DNA of 45,765 bases from an uncultured Nitrososphaerota archaeon (lineage in GTDB: Archaea > Thermoproteota > EX4484-205 > JAAOZO01), in assembly GCA_964408285.1 (NCBI GenBank), contig CAYOYV010000014.1, forward strand, positions 1 through 45,765, written 5' to 3'. Shown piece by piece: positions 19,921 through 30,016 of this stretch. How positions within the stretch are numbered: the stretch's first letter is position 1; each line of letters begins with the position of its first letter. The translations under genes and the position numbers were made by a program. Under the pieces are notes generated by a model that was not told where the DNA came from, made no database searches, and was given only the letters and a program-made list of their open reading frames with translations.

Positions 19921-20118
19921 ATGGACTGGATGCATGTGACGGCCAAGGTCTACTCTGTCGTTCTGTTAGCGGCGGGGGTGGTATTGGTCTACATGTCATT
20001 CACGTCTCAACCTGATCTTGGACAGTTTTGGATCTATTTCGCAGGGCTTGGAGCGTTCTTTGGCTTAATAGGATTAGTGGGCCTAGTAGCAAAGCTCACA
20101 CGAAAGGCTCCCACATAA
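19921..20118 (+). CDS. small 2-TM membrane protein, hypothetical
   Basis: Two hydrophobic helices; ATG positioned after a TATA element. Confidence 0.65.
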   Translation: MDWMHVTAKVYSVVLLAAGVVLVYMSFTSQPDLGQFWIYFAGLGAFFGLIGLVGLVAKLTRKAPT

Positions 20119-20189
20119 CCAAAAGAGTAGCAGACAAAGGATTAGATTAAAGAGAGTCACGGTACTGCGGGGCATGTAAGATAAATATT

Positions 20190-20408
20190 GTGGCGGATGC
20201 TGAAATCGAAGTGAAGCATCATGTTCCCGAGCCGCCTTGGAACGGCGCTCTCTTCTACACGGAATTCGATTCAAAGCGGATTAGCGACGATCAGAAAATT
20301 GAGGAAATCAAGAAACGCCTAGGCATCATAGACGTAGCCTATAAGGAACTTAGAGAATACGAGAGAAGGCATGCTGAGGAATTGCCAAGCAGACATAAAA
20401 CAAAGTAA
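20190..20408 (+). CDS. small hypothetical protein
   Basis: 72-aa ORF with protein-like charged helical composition filling the gap; GTG start. Confidence 0.5.
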   Translation: MADAEIEVKHHVPEPPWNGALFYTEFDSKRISDDQKIEEIKKRLGIIDVAYKELREYERRHAEELPSRHKTK

Positions 20409-20490
20409 AACGATACACATTTCGTAAGTATCCTGAGTTAAGGGACGAACAGAACATCAAGAAAGGGCCCAACTAGATCAATAAAGAAAG

Positions 20491-20619
20491 CGCCGCCGGA
20501 AGGACTCGGACCTTCGGCCAACGGGTTAACAGCATCAGCCCCAGCGAGTGCGACCTCACCGAGACCGCTGCTCTACCAAATTGCTCCAATCCCGCCACGG
20601 TTGTCTGAGCTACGGCGGC
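20491..20619 (-). tRNA. tRNA-Asn(GUU) with two non-canonical introns (20581-20604 at 15/16; 20534-20564 at 30/31)
   Basis: GCCGCCG/CGGCGGC acceptor plus G73; loop CTGTTAA; helices GCTC/GAGC and CAGC/GCTG with 3-nt bulges; T-loop TCCGAGT. Confidence 0.92.
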
Positions 20620-20879
20620 ACAATCATCGAATCGACTCCACTTGATTTAAATCCTTTGCCTATTTGCCTTCTTTCCCGTGTCCTAGGGCGCACTTGTGTT
20701 GCGGATATCGAATTGCTCATACCATGGCTTGTTAGCCTGTCGTGGCAACGTGATAGCCTCAGCATATTGCAGCGACTGAAAATCATACAAGACGATTGAT
20801 TTGCGTTTCTCGCGGGATTCGTTTCGAATAAGGTTTTTATACATTACGACTGCGGGATGGCTTGTTCGCGTTGGGTGTA

Positions 20880-21446
20880 ATGGAATCGGAGAAAGTGAGC
20901 TGTAGCCATTGCGGAGACAGAATATTAAAGTCAGAAGCCGCCCTCATCGGCGGTAAATACTATTGCTCACATTGTCTAAGGAATTATGTCGCTGAACGAA
21001 CCTCCGAGGCAAATGTGTTCTTTGGTTGTGCCTTGGCCTGCTTCCTTTCTTCGTTTCTAAGTCTATCGAGGGGCCTGATTGTCCTTTCTTCATCAGTTCC
21101 CGTTCTCACTCTTAATCGAGACTTCGGGCCGGTATTTGCAGTGTACTCCATTTCCGGAATCCTCTCGTTACTCATAGCCGCGATGTTTTTCATCTCAGGA
21201 TTATTTCTCGTCAATGCGAGGGACGTCAGAGGCAAGAATTACGGGCTGTTGACCGCCAGAACTGATTTTGTCATCATGGTCCTTTACTTGATCCTCTTGA
21301 TACTACTTCAAGTCGCAGGATATATACCTGATAGTAGTCTAAGCCTAATCTACGTCGTAGCCATGACTGGAGAGTATTTCTGTGACGGCATCTTGATGTT
21401 GATCCTCCCCACGCTATCTGACACCGAATTCGCTAAGGGCAAGTGA
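20880..21446 (+). CDS. membrane protein with N-terminal CxxC...CxxC zinc finger
   Basis: CSHC-x16-CSHC followed by about 4 TM helices; start 20862 or 20880. Confidence 0.65.
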   Translation: MESEKVSCSHCGDRILKSEAALIGGKYYCSHCLRNYVAERTSEANVFFGCALACFLSSFLSLSRGLIVLSSSVPVLTLNRDFGPVFAVYSISGILSLLIAAMFFISGLFLVNARDVRGKNYGLLTARTDFVIMVLYLILLILLQVAGYIPDSSLSLIYVVAMTGEYFCDGILMLILPTLSDTEFAKGK

Positions 21447-21517
21447 TACCAACAAGCCCGTGAAGAGAAGCCCACGTTGACAAAGCAATTTGCCCCTAGC
21501 GAAGAAGATCCATTAGG

Positions 21518-21644
21518 TGGGCCCGGCCGGATTCGAACCGACGACACCCGGGTGTCTCCGATTCCCCCTTTCCTATGAGCCCGGTGCTCTAACCGTGTTG
21601 CCCCAAGAGCTGAACAATACAGCTCTTGCCTAAGCTACGGGCCC
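21518..21644 (-). tRNA. tRNA-Ile2(CAU) (less likely elongator Met) with introns at 15/16 (21598-21629) and 37/38 (21554-21573)
   Basis: Ile-type acceptor GGGCCCG/CGGGCCC plus A73; CCGGG-CTCATA|A-CCCGG anticodon arm; first intron contains a 9-bp hairpin CAAGAGCTG/CAGCTCTTG. Confidence 0.88.
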
Positions 21645-21781
21645 GCGCAATTCGTTAAATGGAGACTGAATTAGATAAACGTTTCCTGACGTTAAGGCCT
21701 GAGCTTTCCAAATCCGTGTTGCGACTTCCTACCGATAGATGCACGGCTCGTTGTCTCTGCAATCTCTGAAAGTAAACGCAA

Positions 21782-24700
21782 CTACGATGAGACTCTGACA
21801 ATTCCTATTTTCAGGGATTCGCCTTCGATTTTGTATTCCTCCACGTGCGCGCCCTCTGGAGGTTTTGCCTTGTGGATTTCGACCGACAGTGTTTCCGTTT
21901 CAACGTAGTCCACAAAAGCGTCCAATGCCTCAGCGAGACTGGATTCTGCTTCGTAATACAGTTCTATGTGGTCCGCTATGTTGAATCCGGCCTTTTTTCG
22001 CTGGTTCTGCACGCGCCTTACGATGTCTCTGGCGAGGCCTTCTTTCTTGAGTTGTTCAGTAACGGTGATGTTTAATCCTACGGAAATTTGGTCGCCCTGC
22101 ACCACGAAGTACCCCTGCTTGGGCACTGACGAGATCTCGACCTCCTCGGGTAATAATTTAATGGTTTGCCCATCGACCTGCAAATCAATGCTGAGACCGC
22201 TCTGCAGCCTTGATGCAAGGGCATTGGTGTCCATGCTAGCCACAGTTGAACTTATCTTCGGAAACAGCCGTCCGTGTTTTTTCCCAAGGATTTCCGGCAA
22301 CGCTTTAACTTTGTAATCCATCAAATCCTCCATTCGGCTCGTTAGGTCAAGTTTTTTCACGTTAAGCTCTTCCTTGATCAAGTCCTGTAGAGGGGCCATG
22401 CTCGCCAGAACGTTCTCACTTGCCACAACTTTAACCTCTGAAAGAGGCTGCCTCAATTTTGTTCCTGCCTTGCTGCGCGCCGAACGACCTAGTTCACAAA
22501 TCGTAATTGCAATCTGCATGCTTTTCATCAGGTCCTCTTCGAGAAGCGCTTTGTCGGACTCCGGCCAATCCTCGTGATGTACGCTTTCAGGCGCGTTGGG
22601 GTTCATGCCTCGCACCAGATCTTGGTATATTTCCTCTGTTACGAATGGAATGAATGGTGCTAGGAGCTTGACCAGTGTTGTCAGGCAGGCATAGAGTGTT
22701 GTGTAACCAGCTCTCTTGTCGGAATCCGCCTCGCTTTTCCAAAATCTTCTTCTCGAGCGTCGTATATACCATGTCGATAGCATGTCCACAAACAATCCCA
22801 GGGCTTTCGCAGCGTTGAATGGGTCATAGTTCTCTAAACATCCAGTTACGTCGGCGATGAGGACTTGAAGCCTTGATAGGATCCATTTGTCAAGAACGGA
22901 GAATTCCTTTGACGAATCCTTTGGCGTCCATTTGTCCAGAGGGGCGTATGTCACAAAGAAACTGTATACGTTCCACAGGGGAATGAGAAATGTCCGTTTA
23001 ACTTCGTCTCCCCAATTCCAGATCAGATTGGTCTCGGGTCTGGTTGTGCAAAACATCCACCTCATGACATCGGCGCCCATTCTTTCTACGGCTTCGTCGA
23101 ACCAAACAGCGTTTCCCCAAGATTTGTGCATCTCTCTTCCATCCTCACCCAATACTAGACCATAGCCGAAGCATGAGAGGAACGGAGTACGCCCCTCAAG
23201 GATAGTGCTCATGACTAACATTGAATAGAACCAGTTTCGAAACTGCCCGGGCAAGGATTCGCAGATAAGAGCAGCAGGGAACCACTGTTCCCAGTATTCT
23301 CTATCATGACGGTAGTTCAGGGTAGAGTAGGATACTATGCCTGCATCCAACCACGGGTTGCCTACATCTGGAATTCTGGAGGTCGTTGCCCCGCATCTTG
23401 AACATCTCAACTTGATTGACTCTATCCAGGGTCTATGTGGGCTGTGACCATCGAATGTCTTCCATCCCTCAATTGCCCTTGACTTGAGTTCCTCCTTGCT
23501 CCCTACTACCTCAAAATTCCCACACTTGGAGCATTCCCAGAGTGGGAGCGCTAGCCCCCAGTATCTTTTTTTGGATATCATCCAATCGTCCATGTTCTGA
23601 AGCCAATCCAGCTCTTGCTGAAGGCCGTAGTCAGGGATCCACCTGACCTGCTTAGCTGACTCCATGACTTGGTACCTGAGATTTTCCTTCTTCTCGTTTT
23701 TCGTCAGTTCCTCCAACGGTTTGTCGAGTTTCTTTCCCATTGAGATGAACCACTCGTCTACTAGCCTGAACACGAGTTCGCTATCACATCGCCAGCAAAC
23801 GGGATACCGATGAGTATAATCCTCCACCTTGAAGAGAAACCCTTTCTTCGCAAGATTGTTTACTATTGGTTCGACCGATTCATAGACATGGGTTCCCGTG
23901 AGCCAATCGAGGCCTTGTATGAATACGCCAAACTCGTTCAAGGGTGCTACGACAGGCAATTTTTGTTTCTTCCCGAGCTCAAAGTCTTCTTTTCCGCAGC
24001 CAGGAGCTATGTGGACTATTCCCGTTCCCTCATCCTCACTTACCTCCTCCCATAGAATGACACGATGGGCTTCGAGTGCCCCAGCATCCTTTGGTAGGGG
24101 CAACTCATCATAGGGACCTAGATAGCTCCACCCGTTCATCTCCTGTCCAGGTACTTCTTCAATAGTCTCATAACCTCCGTCAGGAAATGAGATCTTCAGT
24201 GTTGCCTTCGCCAGATATAGGATCTCGTCCTTGTGCCTGATCTTTGCATAGGTTATGTCTGGATGCACTGCTACCGCGACGTTTGATGTTAGCGTCCAAG
24301 GAGTGGTTGTCCAAACCAGCAAGAACTCCTTTTCTCTCTCCCGTAATGGGAACTTCAATGTAAGTGCCGGGTGCGTGAGATCCCTGTACCCTTCGGTTAC
24401 AATTTCGTGCTGAGATAGGGCCGTTGAACATCTTGGGCACCATGGCATCACGTCCGTCCCCTTGTATATCCAACCGTTTTCGTGACACTTCTTCAAAACT
24501 GCCCAGATCATGTAGTTGTTCTCATCAGAGAGCGTGAAATATGATCCTCCTGTCTCTCTGGAGCCCAAGGAACCTATGAGTCCTTCAACCGTGCCTGCAA
24601 CTGGGCCTTTGCTTCCCTGTATTGTCGTTACCTCATTTGGGTCTTTGAGTTCATCAGCTAATTGCCTTAGAGTTTTTGGATCGTCCCAGTCCATCCAGTA

Positions 24701-25120
24701 ACCCAGACGTACCGATTGCTCGACCTGAAGGGCAGCAAATCTCAATGCTCTCTCCTTGCACCTTTTGACGAATTCGGCTATTCCATATCTCTCTATATCG
24801 CCTTTCGATCTGAATTTCAGTTCCTTCTCGACTTCAACCTCTATCCAAAGGCCTTGGCAATCGAATCCGTTTTGATATCTTTGGTCGTATCCTCTCATTG
24901 CCCTGTATCTTTGGAATAGATCCTTGTAGGTCCGCCCCCAAGCGTGGTGAACGCCCATTGGGTTATTCGCTGTTATAGGGCCATCCATGAATGACCATTT
25001 TGTTCTGCCCTTGTTCAACGCAGCCCGTTTTCTGAATGCGTTACTCTTGCTCCAGAATGCAAGTATCCGATGTTCAAGTTTTGGGAAATCCAGAACCATG
25101 TCAGCTTGCTCAGACATCAC
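21782..25120 (-). CDS. ileS: isoleucine--tRNA ligase (type 2-like, GVHH and EMHKS signatures)
   Basis: DGP.TAN.PMGVHH, GFDCQGL, WTTTPWTL, GTGIVHIAP, DWMISKKRYWG, EMHKS, WYIRRSRRRFW and EG.ARDIVRRVQ..RK. Confidence 0.95.
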   Translation of the reverse strand: MMSEQADMVLDFPKLEHRILAFWSKSNAFRKRAALNKGRTKWSFMDGPITANNPMGVHHAWGRTYKDLFQRYRAMRGYDQRYQNGFDCQGLWIEVEVEKELKFRSKGDIERYGIAEFVKRCKERALRFAALQVEQSVRLGYWMDWDDPKTLRQLADELKDPNEVTTIQGSKGPVAGTVEGLIGSLGSRETGGSYFTLSDENNYMIWAVLKKCHENGWIYKGTDVMPWCPRCSTALSQHEIVTEGYRDLTHPALTLKFPLREREKEFLLVWTTTPWTLTSNVAVAVHPDITYAKIRHKDEILYLAKATLKISFPDGGYETIEEVPGQEMNGWSYLGPYDELPLPKDAGALEAHRVILWEEVSEDEGTGIVHIAPGCGKEDFELGKKQKLPVVAPLNEFGVFIQGLDWLTGTHVYESVEPIVNNLAKKGFLFKVEDYTHRYPVCWRCDSELVFRLVDEWFISMGKKLDKPLEELTKNEKKENLRYQVMESAKQVRWIPDYGLQQELDWLQNMDDWMISKKRYWGLALPLWECSKCGNFEVVGSKEELKSRAIEGWKTFDGHSPHRPWIESIKLRCSRCGATTSRIPDVGNPWLDAGIVSYSTLNYRHDREYWEQWFPAALICESLPGQFRNWFYSMLVMSTILEGRTPFLSCFGYGLVLGEDGREMHKSWGNAVWFDEAVERMGADVMRWMFCTTRPETNLIWNWGDEVKRTFLIPLWNVYSFFVTYAPLDKWTPKDSSKEFSVLDKWILSRLQVLIADVTGCLENYDPFNAAKALGLFVDMLSTWYIRRSRRRFWKSEADSDKRAGYTTLYACLTTLVKLLAPFIPFVTEEIYQDLVRGMNPNAPESVHHEDWPESDKALLEEDLMKSMQIAITICELGRSARSKAGTKLRQPLSEVKVVASENVLASMAPLQDLIKEELNVKKLDLTSRMEDLMDYKVKALPEILGKKHGRLFPKISSTVASMDTNALASRLQSGLSIDLQVDGQTIKLLPEEVEISSVPKQGYFVVQGDQISVGLNITVTEQLKKEGLARDIVRRVQNQRKKAGFNIADHIELYYEAESSLAEALDAFVDYVETETLSVEIHKAKPPEGAHVEEYKIEGESLKIGIVRVSS

Positions 25121-25382
25121 AACTCACATGCTCCATTGAGTCATATGTGGTAAACGGAAACCGAGAGGATTCTTTGGATATTTCTGGGTGGTCAAAGCTT
25201 ACGAAAGGGCTAGCGACGAATTTGGTGACCACCATTCATCTTGAATCACTGCCGTCGAATAGGGCAATATAAGTATTATCTTAGTCTTCACGCTGCGACC
25301 TCGGGAATTCGCCGATGTCACAACCAACCCGGAACACACCAAACCCAAAAGCTAATTAGAGCGGATTCTGAGAGAAGAAATA

Positions 25383-25476
25383 GCTCCGGTGGTGTAGCCC
25401 GGTTAAACATATCGGCCTTTCGAGCCGAGGAGCGCGGGTCCAAATGCGTTGGCTGCTGGAACTCCCGCCCGGAGCA
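25383..25476 (+). tRNA. tRNA-Glu(UUC) with 18-nt T-loop intron (25445-25462, position 59/60)
   Basis: GCTCCGG/CCGGAGC acceptor; TCGGC-CTTTCGA-GCCGA anticodon arm; GCGGG-TCCAAA|T-CCCGC; helix TCCA/TGGA with bulges AA|T and AC|T. Confidence 0.92.
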
Positions 25477-25644
25477 CTATTATCCAGATCCGTGGCCCAA
25501 CGCGTAATGTCTCAGGAACCCGAGTAAGACGTCTGTGTTCTCGCGCCTTGGTTTGTTGAAACAGAGAGGCCTGCGCTCGACTGAACTCATATATGGAAAT
25601 GGTTCGGTCTGAATACGAAATATGGTCTTCTTGTGGTAAAGTAC

Positions 25645-26772
25645 TTAGGACCCATATAGCTCTTCCCAAAGTTTATGCTCCAACGGGATAACATTGTGAG
25701 AACTACCCTCCCTTTTTCCGGCTTTGGTTACGATCACGAAACGTGCTTTCTGCCTGAGTTCTCTCAGGTCCTTTGCGCCAACATAGCCCATGCCCTGTCG
25801 GAGGCCCCCCACCAGCTCATTCACGACTTCGCTCGCATTTCCCTTCAATGGGACCAGTGCTTCTACTCCTTCTGGCGAGCCCTTGCGTGAATTAAGGTAT
25901 CGGTCTACACCTGACAATATGCTCTTTGATCCCATCCCTCTGAAGAGTTTGTATTTTCCTTTGAGGCCCAATCTAGATCCACTAATCGTCTTTCCTGAAG
26001 ATTCAATACACCCTGCCAAGAGACCGCCAAGCATCACTGAATCAGCGCCGAGGGCCAACGCTTTGAGTGTGTCACCTCCAGACCTTATGCCACCATCCGA
26101 TATGATCGGTATGCCTTCCCTCTTAGAACTAACGCAGGTCTCGTAAACAGCCGAAGCTTGAGGCACTCCGACCCCTGTCACGATTCTAGTCTTACATGCG
26201 GAACCAGCGCCCAAGCCGACTCTAAATGCATCGGGATTGATGTCCGCATAATCGTCCACGGCCTGAGGCGTCGCTACGTTCCCCACAACAAGATCACACG
26301 AGATGTTCTTTCTGATTTTCGCGGCCGACTTTATGACGCTTAGACTGTGACCATGAGCGCAGTCGATTACTATAGCGTCCACCTTAGCGTGATCAAGCGC
26401 CTTCGCCCTCTCGACATCAAATGGCCCCACCGCTGCAGCAACCCTTAGTTTGCCATTGTGATCTGCTGTTGAAGTACCGCTTGCTTGTTGCGCTTTGACT
26501 TTCCTGCACTCTGCTATCTCCTTGTCTAGGCGCATGTTCCTATGAATCACGCCTATCGCCCCGAGCTTGGCAAGTGCAATTGCCATCGAGGATTCAGTAA
26601 CGGTGTCCATTGGGGAGGCAATCATGGGTAATCTGAGCTCTATATTTCGCGTGAATCTTGAGGAAACGTCTATGCAGGCCGGCTCAACAATCGAAGGCCC
26701 TGGTAAAAGCAGCAAATCATCAAACGAGTAGTAAGTCCTGAGATTAGTTAGTCCGGAGTCCTCCATTTTCAT
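25645..26772 (-). CDS. guaB: IMP dehydrogenase lacking the CBS subdomain
   Basis: SFDDLLLLP, SPMDTVT, GVIHRN, D.AHG, GAGSACKTR (catalytic Cys), DGGIR, FRGMGS and EGVE. Confidence 0.88.
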   Translation of the reverse strand: MKMEDSGLTNLRTYYSFDDLLLLPGPSIVEPACIDVSSRFTRNIELRLPMIASPMDTVTESSMAIALAKLGAIGVIHRNMRLDKEIAECRKVKAQQASGTSTADHNGKLRVAAAVGPFDVERAKALDHAKVDAIVIDCAHGHSLSVIKSAAKIRKNISCDLVVGNVATPQAVDDYADINPDAFRVGLGAGSACKTRIVTGVGVPQASAVYETCVSSKREGIPIISDGGIRSGGDTLKALALGADSVMLGGLLAGCIESSGKTISGSRLGLKGKYKLFRGMGSKSILSGVDRYLNSRKGSPEGVEALVPLKGNASEVVNELVGGLRQGMGYVGAKDLRELRQKARFVIVTKAGKREGSSHNVIPLEHKLWEELYGS

Positions 26773-26991
26773 CGTATTGCGATTCGGTGCTAAAAAATGT
26801 TACGGGCGGTCTGCGGAATAGGAGCAGCAACGCGGAATATGTGGACAGCACAATCGGAAATCGGACTAGGTAAAGGTATGCATAGGCTGCCCTAGCCGGA
26901 TTCCTCATAAGAGGTATTCTTGGATCTTTTCTTCTCACTAAACCCGAACCAAACATTGTTTTTCGGCAATCCTTCGACTTCTGTTTAGTGT

Positions 26992-29661
26992 TTATTTCAG
27001 CTTAAGCTCGGCGAATACTTCATCCTGTCTTCTGTCGATCCTGAACCCTAGGCTTTCACACAAGCGTATCATGCTCGTATTGTCAGGTAGGATTATCCCG
27101 TAGATGCTCTCAAGCCCCTTCTCTTCAGCTACACTGATTAGCATGTCTACAAGTTTGGTTCCCAAGCCTTTGCCTTGATATCTGTCTGCAACGACTACAG
27201 CGAATTCTCCCTTTTTCTCAGTGGGTTCCAAGACAAGCCGGGCCACTCCAATCTGAGCTTTCCGCCCATCTTCTTGGATCTCGGCCACAAAGGCCATCTC
27301 CCTATCGTAATCTATGTTGCAGAAGCGTACGAGAGATTCATGGGAAAGATCCTTTATGATCTTGAAGAATCTGAAGCGGCTGGTCTCTTCCGACAGCCCT
27401 CTGATGAATTCCGATTCTCTCGTTTCGTCTTCGGGTCTGATGGGTCTAAGAATTACCTCTGAGCCATCTTTGAGTCTCCAAGGCGTGATATATTTGGTGG
27501 GGTATGGTACAATAACGAGGTGAGGGTATGGTTCCGTGTACTCAAGCGCTTTGGGGTCTATGATTATCCTTGTATCTATGGCGTAGATCTTGCCGTCTGA
27601 AACGGCTAGGGGGTTTATGTCCATTTCAGCGATTTCCGGGAAATCTATGACCATGTTTGAGAAGCGAACCATAACCTCCTCCAATAACCTCAAATCGATC
27701 GGTGGCCTATTCCTAAGGCCTTTTGACAAGGCTTCATAGACCCTAGTTTCCTCTGTGACTCGCCTGGCGAGAATCTGGTTCAGTGGGGGCAGGCCTATAG
27801 AGAAATCTTTGAAGAGTTCAACGCCTATCCCTCCAAGGCCAAATAGAATGATTGCACCAAAGTCTCTATCTTTCTTGCAGCCCAGTATCAATTCATACTC
27901 GATGTTCTTCAGCATCTTCTGAACGTAAATCCCATCTATTTTGACATTAGGTTGAGTTCTTCGTACGTTGTCCATCATGGTAGCGAACGCCTTCCTAAGT
28001 TCCTCGTCTGACTCTATTCCGGTAACAACACCAGCAACATCAGTTTTGTGAACGATGTCCTGTGACGCTATTTTGAGGACAACGGGATACCTCATATTCG
28101 AAGCAATGATGGACGCCTCGTCGGCGTTTTTAGCGAGTTCTCCCGCCAATCCGGCGATGCCATATACTTCGAGAAAGCGTTTTGCTTCGCCCTCACTGAG
28201 AAGGGTTCTGCCTTCTTTTGCTGCCTTACGGATCATCACTGAAAGGTGACCCTTCGGGGGCGAGAGATCTACAGGTAATTCCTCTGGAGTTTGGTATAGC
28301 AGATCCAAGTTTCTCTTGTATTTATACATATACATGTATGTCTTGATGGCTTGTTCAGGAGTTGCATATGTGGGGATGTCGTTCCGCCGAAATACTTCTC
28401 TGGCGCCCCCAACGCTCTCCTCTCCCATCCACACAGTTAGGACAGGCTTACGTCTATCAGAAGCTATCTTCGCCGTTAGCTCCGCTATTTCCGTTGGTGG
28501 AGCTGCCCCTTGTGGAGTATATATGACCAGAAGACCATCCACGTTAGAATCTGTCAGACACGCTCTTATCGCTACTTCATACCTGTTAATATCGGCGTCA
28601 CCCAGTATGTCAACCGGATTACCATGGCTCCAGTATTGGGGCAGATGCTCGCTCAAAACGCGTATCGATTCCTCTGATAATTTAGTGAGCTCTCCCCCGT
28701 AATCTATAATTGAGTCAGCTGCCATAACAGCGGGTCCTCCGGCATTCGTAACTATAGCTAGCCTTGGGCCTCCAGGAAGATGCCTTGAATCAAGAACGGC
28801 CGCACAATTGAAGAGATCGCCAATCTCGTCAACCCTTACCACGCCCACTCTTTTGAAAGCGGCGTCATAGACTTCGAAGTCGCCTGCAAGGGCACCTGTA
28901 TGGGAGGAAGCAGCTCTAGCACCAGAAGCATGTTTGCCGGCCTTTATGACCACTATAGGCTTAGTTCTGGCGAAGCCTCTCGCGGCACTCATGAACTTTT
29001 TGGCATTGCGCACGTTCTCCATATAGATTATTATGCTTCTTGTGGCTGGGTCTTCTCCAAGATAATCGATCATATCGCCGTAGTCTACGTCGATCATCGA
29101 TCCCAAAGAGATGAAGGTGCTGAAGCCGATGTGAGCATGCAAAGCCCAGTTCAGCAGCGCTGAGCCAAGCGCGCCGCTCTGGGAGAGAAAGGCCACTTCA
29201 CCGGCCTCAGGATTATCTCTCAGAAAAGAAGTGTTTAGAGCTACGCGAGGTCTGATGAAACCCACACAGTTCGGACCTAGGACGCGAATACCGTATTTTT
29301 CTTGAAGGCGAACGATTTCTTGCTCCAACTTCAAACCTTCCTCACCGATTTCACGAAACCCGGCTGAGATTATGACCACCCCATCTACCTCTGCTTGCCC
29401 ACATTCTTCAACAAGAGCAGGAACCGTCTTTGATGGTGTGGCTATTATGGCAAGGTCTATGTGCCCAGGAACCGCTGCAACGTTCGGATAGCATTTGATA
29501 CCCATCACGCTGTCTCTGTTGGGGTTCACAGGATAGATCAATCGCTTGTCCTTGCCAAGCAGTAGGTTCTTCATTATTGCTTGACCCACAGAGCCTTCTC
29601 GCTCGGTGGCACCAATCAACGCGACCGCTCTCGGATTGAACACTCGCTCCATGCTTGCCAT
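26992..29661 (-). CDS. fused NDP-forming acyl-CoA synthetase (alpha+beta) / GNAT acetyltransferase (Pat-like)
   Basis: GPNC.G, SQSGA, SHTGALAG, NAGGP, NPVD, HKTDV.GV and DINPL; C-terminal LRPIRPED...IDYDREMA...QGKGLG GNAT domain. Confidence 0.9.
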   Translation of the reverse strand: MASMERVFNPRAVALIGATEREGSVGQAIMKNLLLGKDKRLIYPVNPNRDSVMGIKCYPNVAAVPGHIDLAIIATPSKTVPALVEECGQAEVDGVVIISAGFREIGEEGLKLEQEIVRLQEKYGIRVLGPNCVGFIRPRVALNTSFLRDNPEAGEVAFLSQSGALGSALLNWALHAHIGFSTFISLGSMIDVDYGDMIDYLGEDPATRSIIIYMENVRNAKKFMSAARGFARTKPIVVIKAGKHASGARAASSHTGALAGDFEVYDAAFKRVGVVRVDEIGDLFNCAAVLDSRHLPGGPRLAIVTNAGGPAVMAADSIIDYGGELTKLSEESIRVLSEHLPQYWSHGNPVDILGDADINRYEVAIRACLTDSNVDGLLVIYTPQGAAPPTEIAELTAKIASDRRKPVLTVWMGEESVGGAREVFRRNDIPTYATPEQAIKTYMYMYKYKRNLDLLYQTPEELPVDLSPPKGHLSVMIRKAAKEGRTLLSEGEAKRFLEVYGIAGLAGELAKNADEASIIASNMRYPVVLKIASQDIVHKTDVAGVVTGIESDEELRKAFATMMDNVRRTQPNVKIDGIYVQKMLKNIEYELILGCKKDRDFGAIILFGLGGIGVELFKDFSIGLPPLNQILARRVTEETRVYEALSKGLRNRPPIDLRLLEEVMVRFSNMVIDFPEIAEMDINPLAVSDGKIYAIDTRIIIDPKALEYTEPYPHLVIVPYPTKYITPWRLKDGSEVILRPIRPEDETRESEFIRGLSEETSRFRFFKIIKDLSHESLVRFCNIDYDREMAFVAEIQEDGRKAQIGVARLVLEPTEKKGEFAVVVADRYQGKGLGTKLVDMLISVAEEKGLESIYGIILPDNTSMIRLCESLGFRIDRRQDEVFAELKLK

Positions 29662-30016
29662 GAACGTCGACAGACATATAGTCCTCAGAAGCAAATAAAC
29701 ATAGTCCACGCTCGTTTAGCCCTTACAACGGGTAAGATGTTAGGAGGCTTCATTCCGCCTGCAAGGCACCAGCTATCGGTCCGAAGGATCCAGAGCGAAT
29801 AGGGATAGCAATTTAGTAGCCAGCGTTCGCCGAAGAGGCGTTCTGTTGTTCAGTTGATGTCCTCCTCAGAGCACCGCTATGAGATGCCCCGCGTCATTAT
29901 TACAGTGAGATCGTATTCACCTGAAAGCGAGCTGAGTGCTCGCTGATAATCGCCCAGATAGAGTTAGCCGTATTTGGTGAAAAAGTTATGAAGGGAGACA
30001 GACACAAGCAAGTCAC

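Noticed and set aside
21518-21644. Assignment as initiator or elongator tRNA-Met
   Set aside because: No A1-U72 pair, and the GGGCCCG acceptor is Ile-like; Ile2 is preferred but not proven.
24545-24690. IleRS insertion considered as an intron or intein
   Set aside because: In frame, protein-like, with no BHB motif or intein termini; treated as a subfamily insertion.
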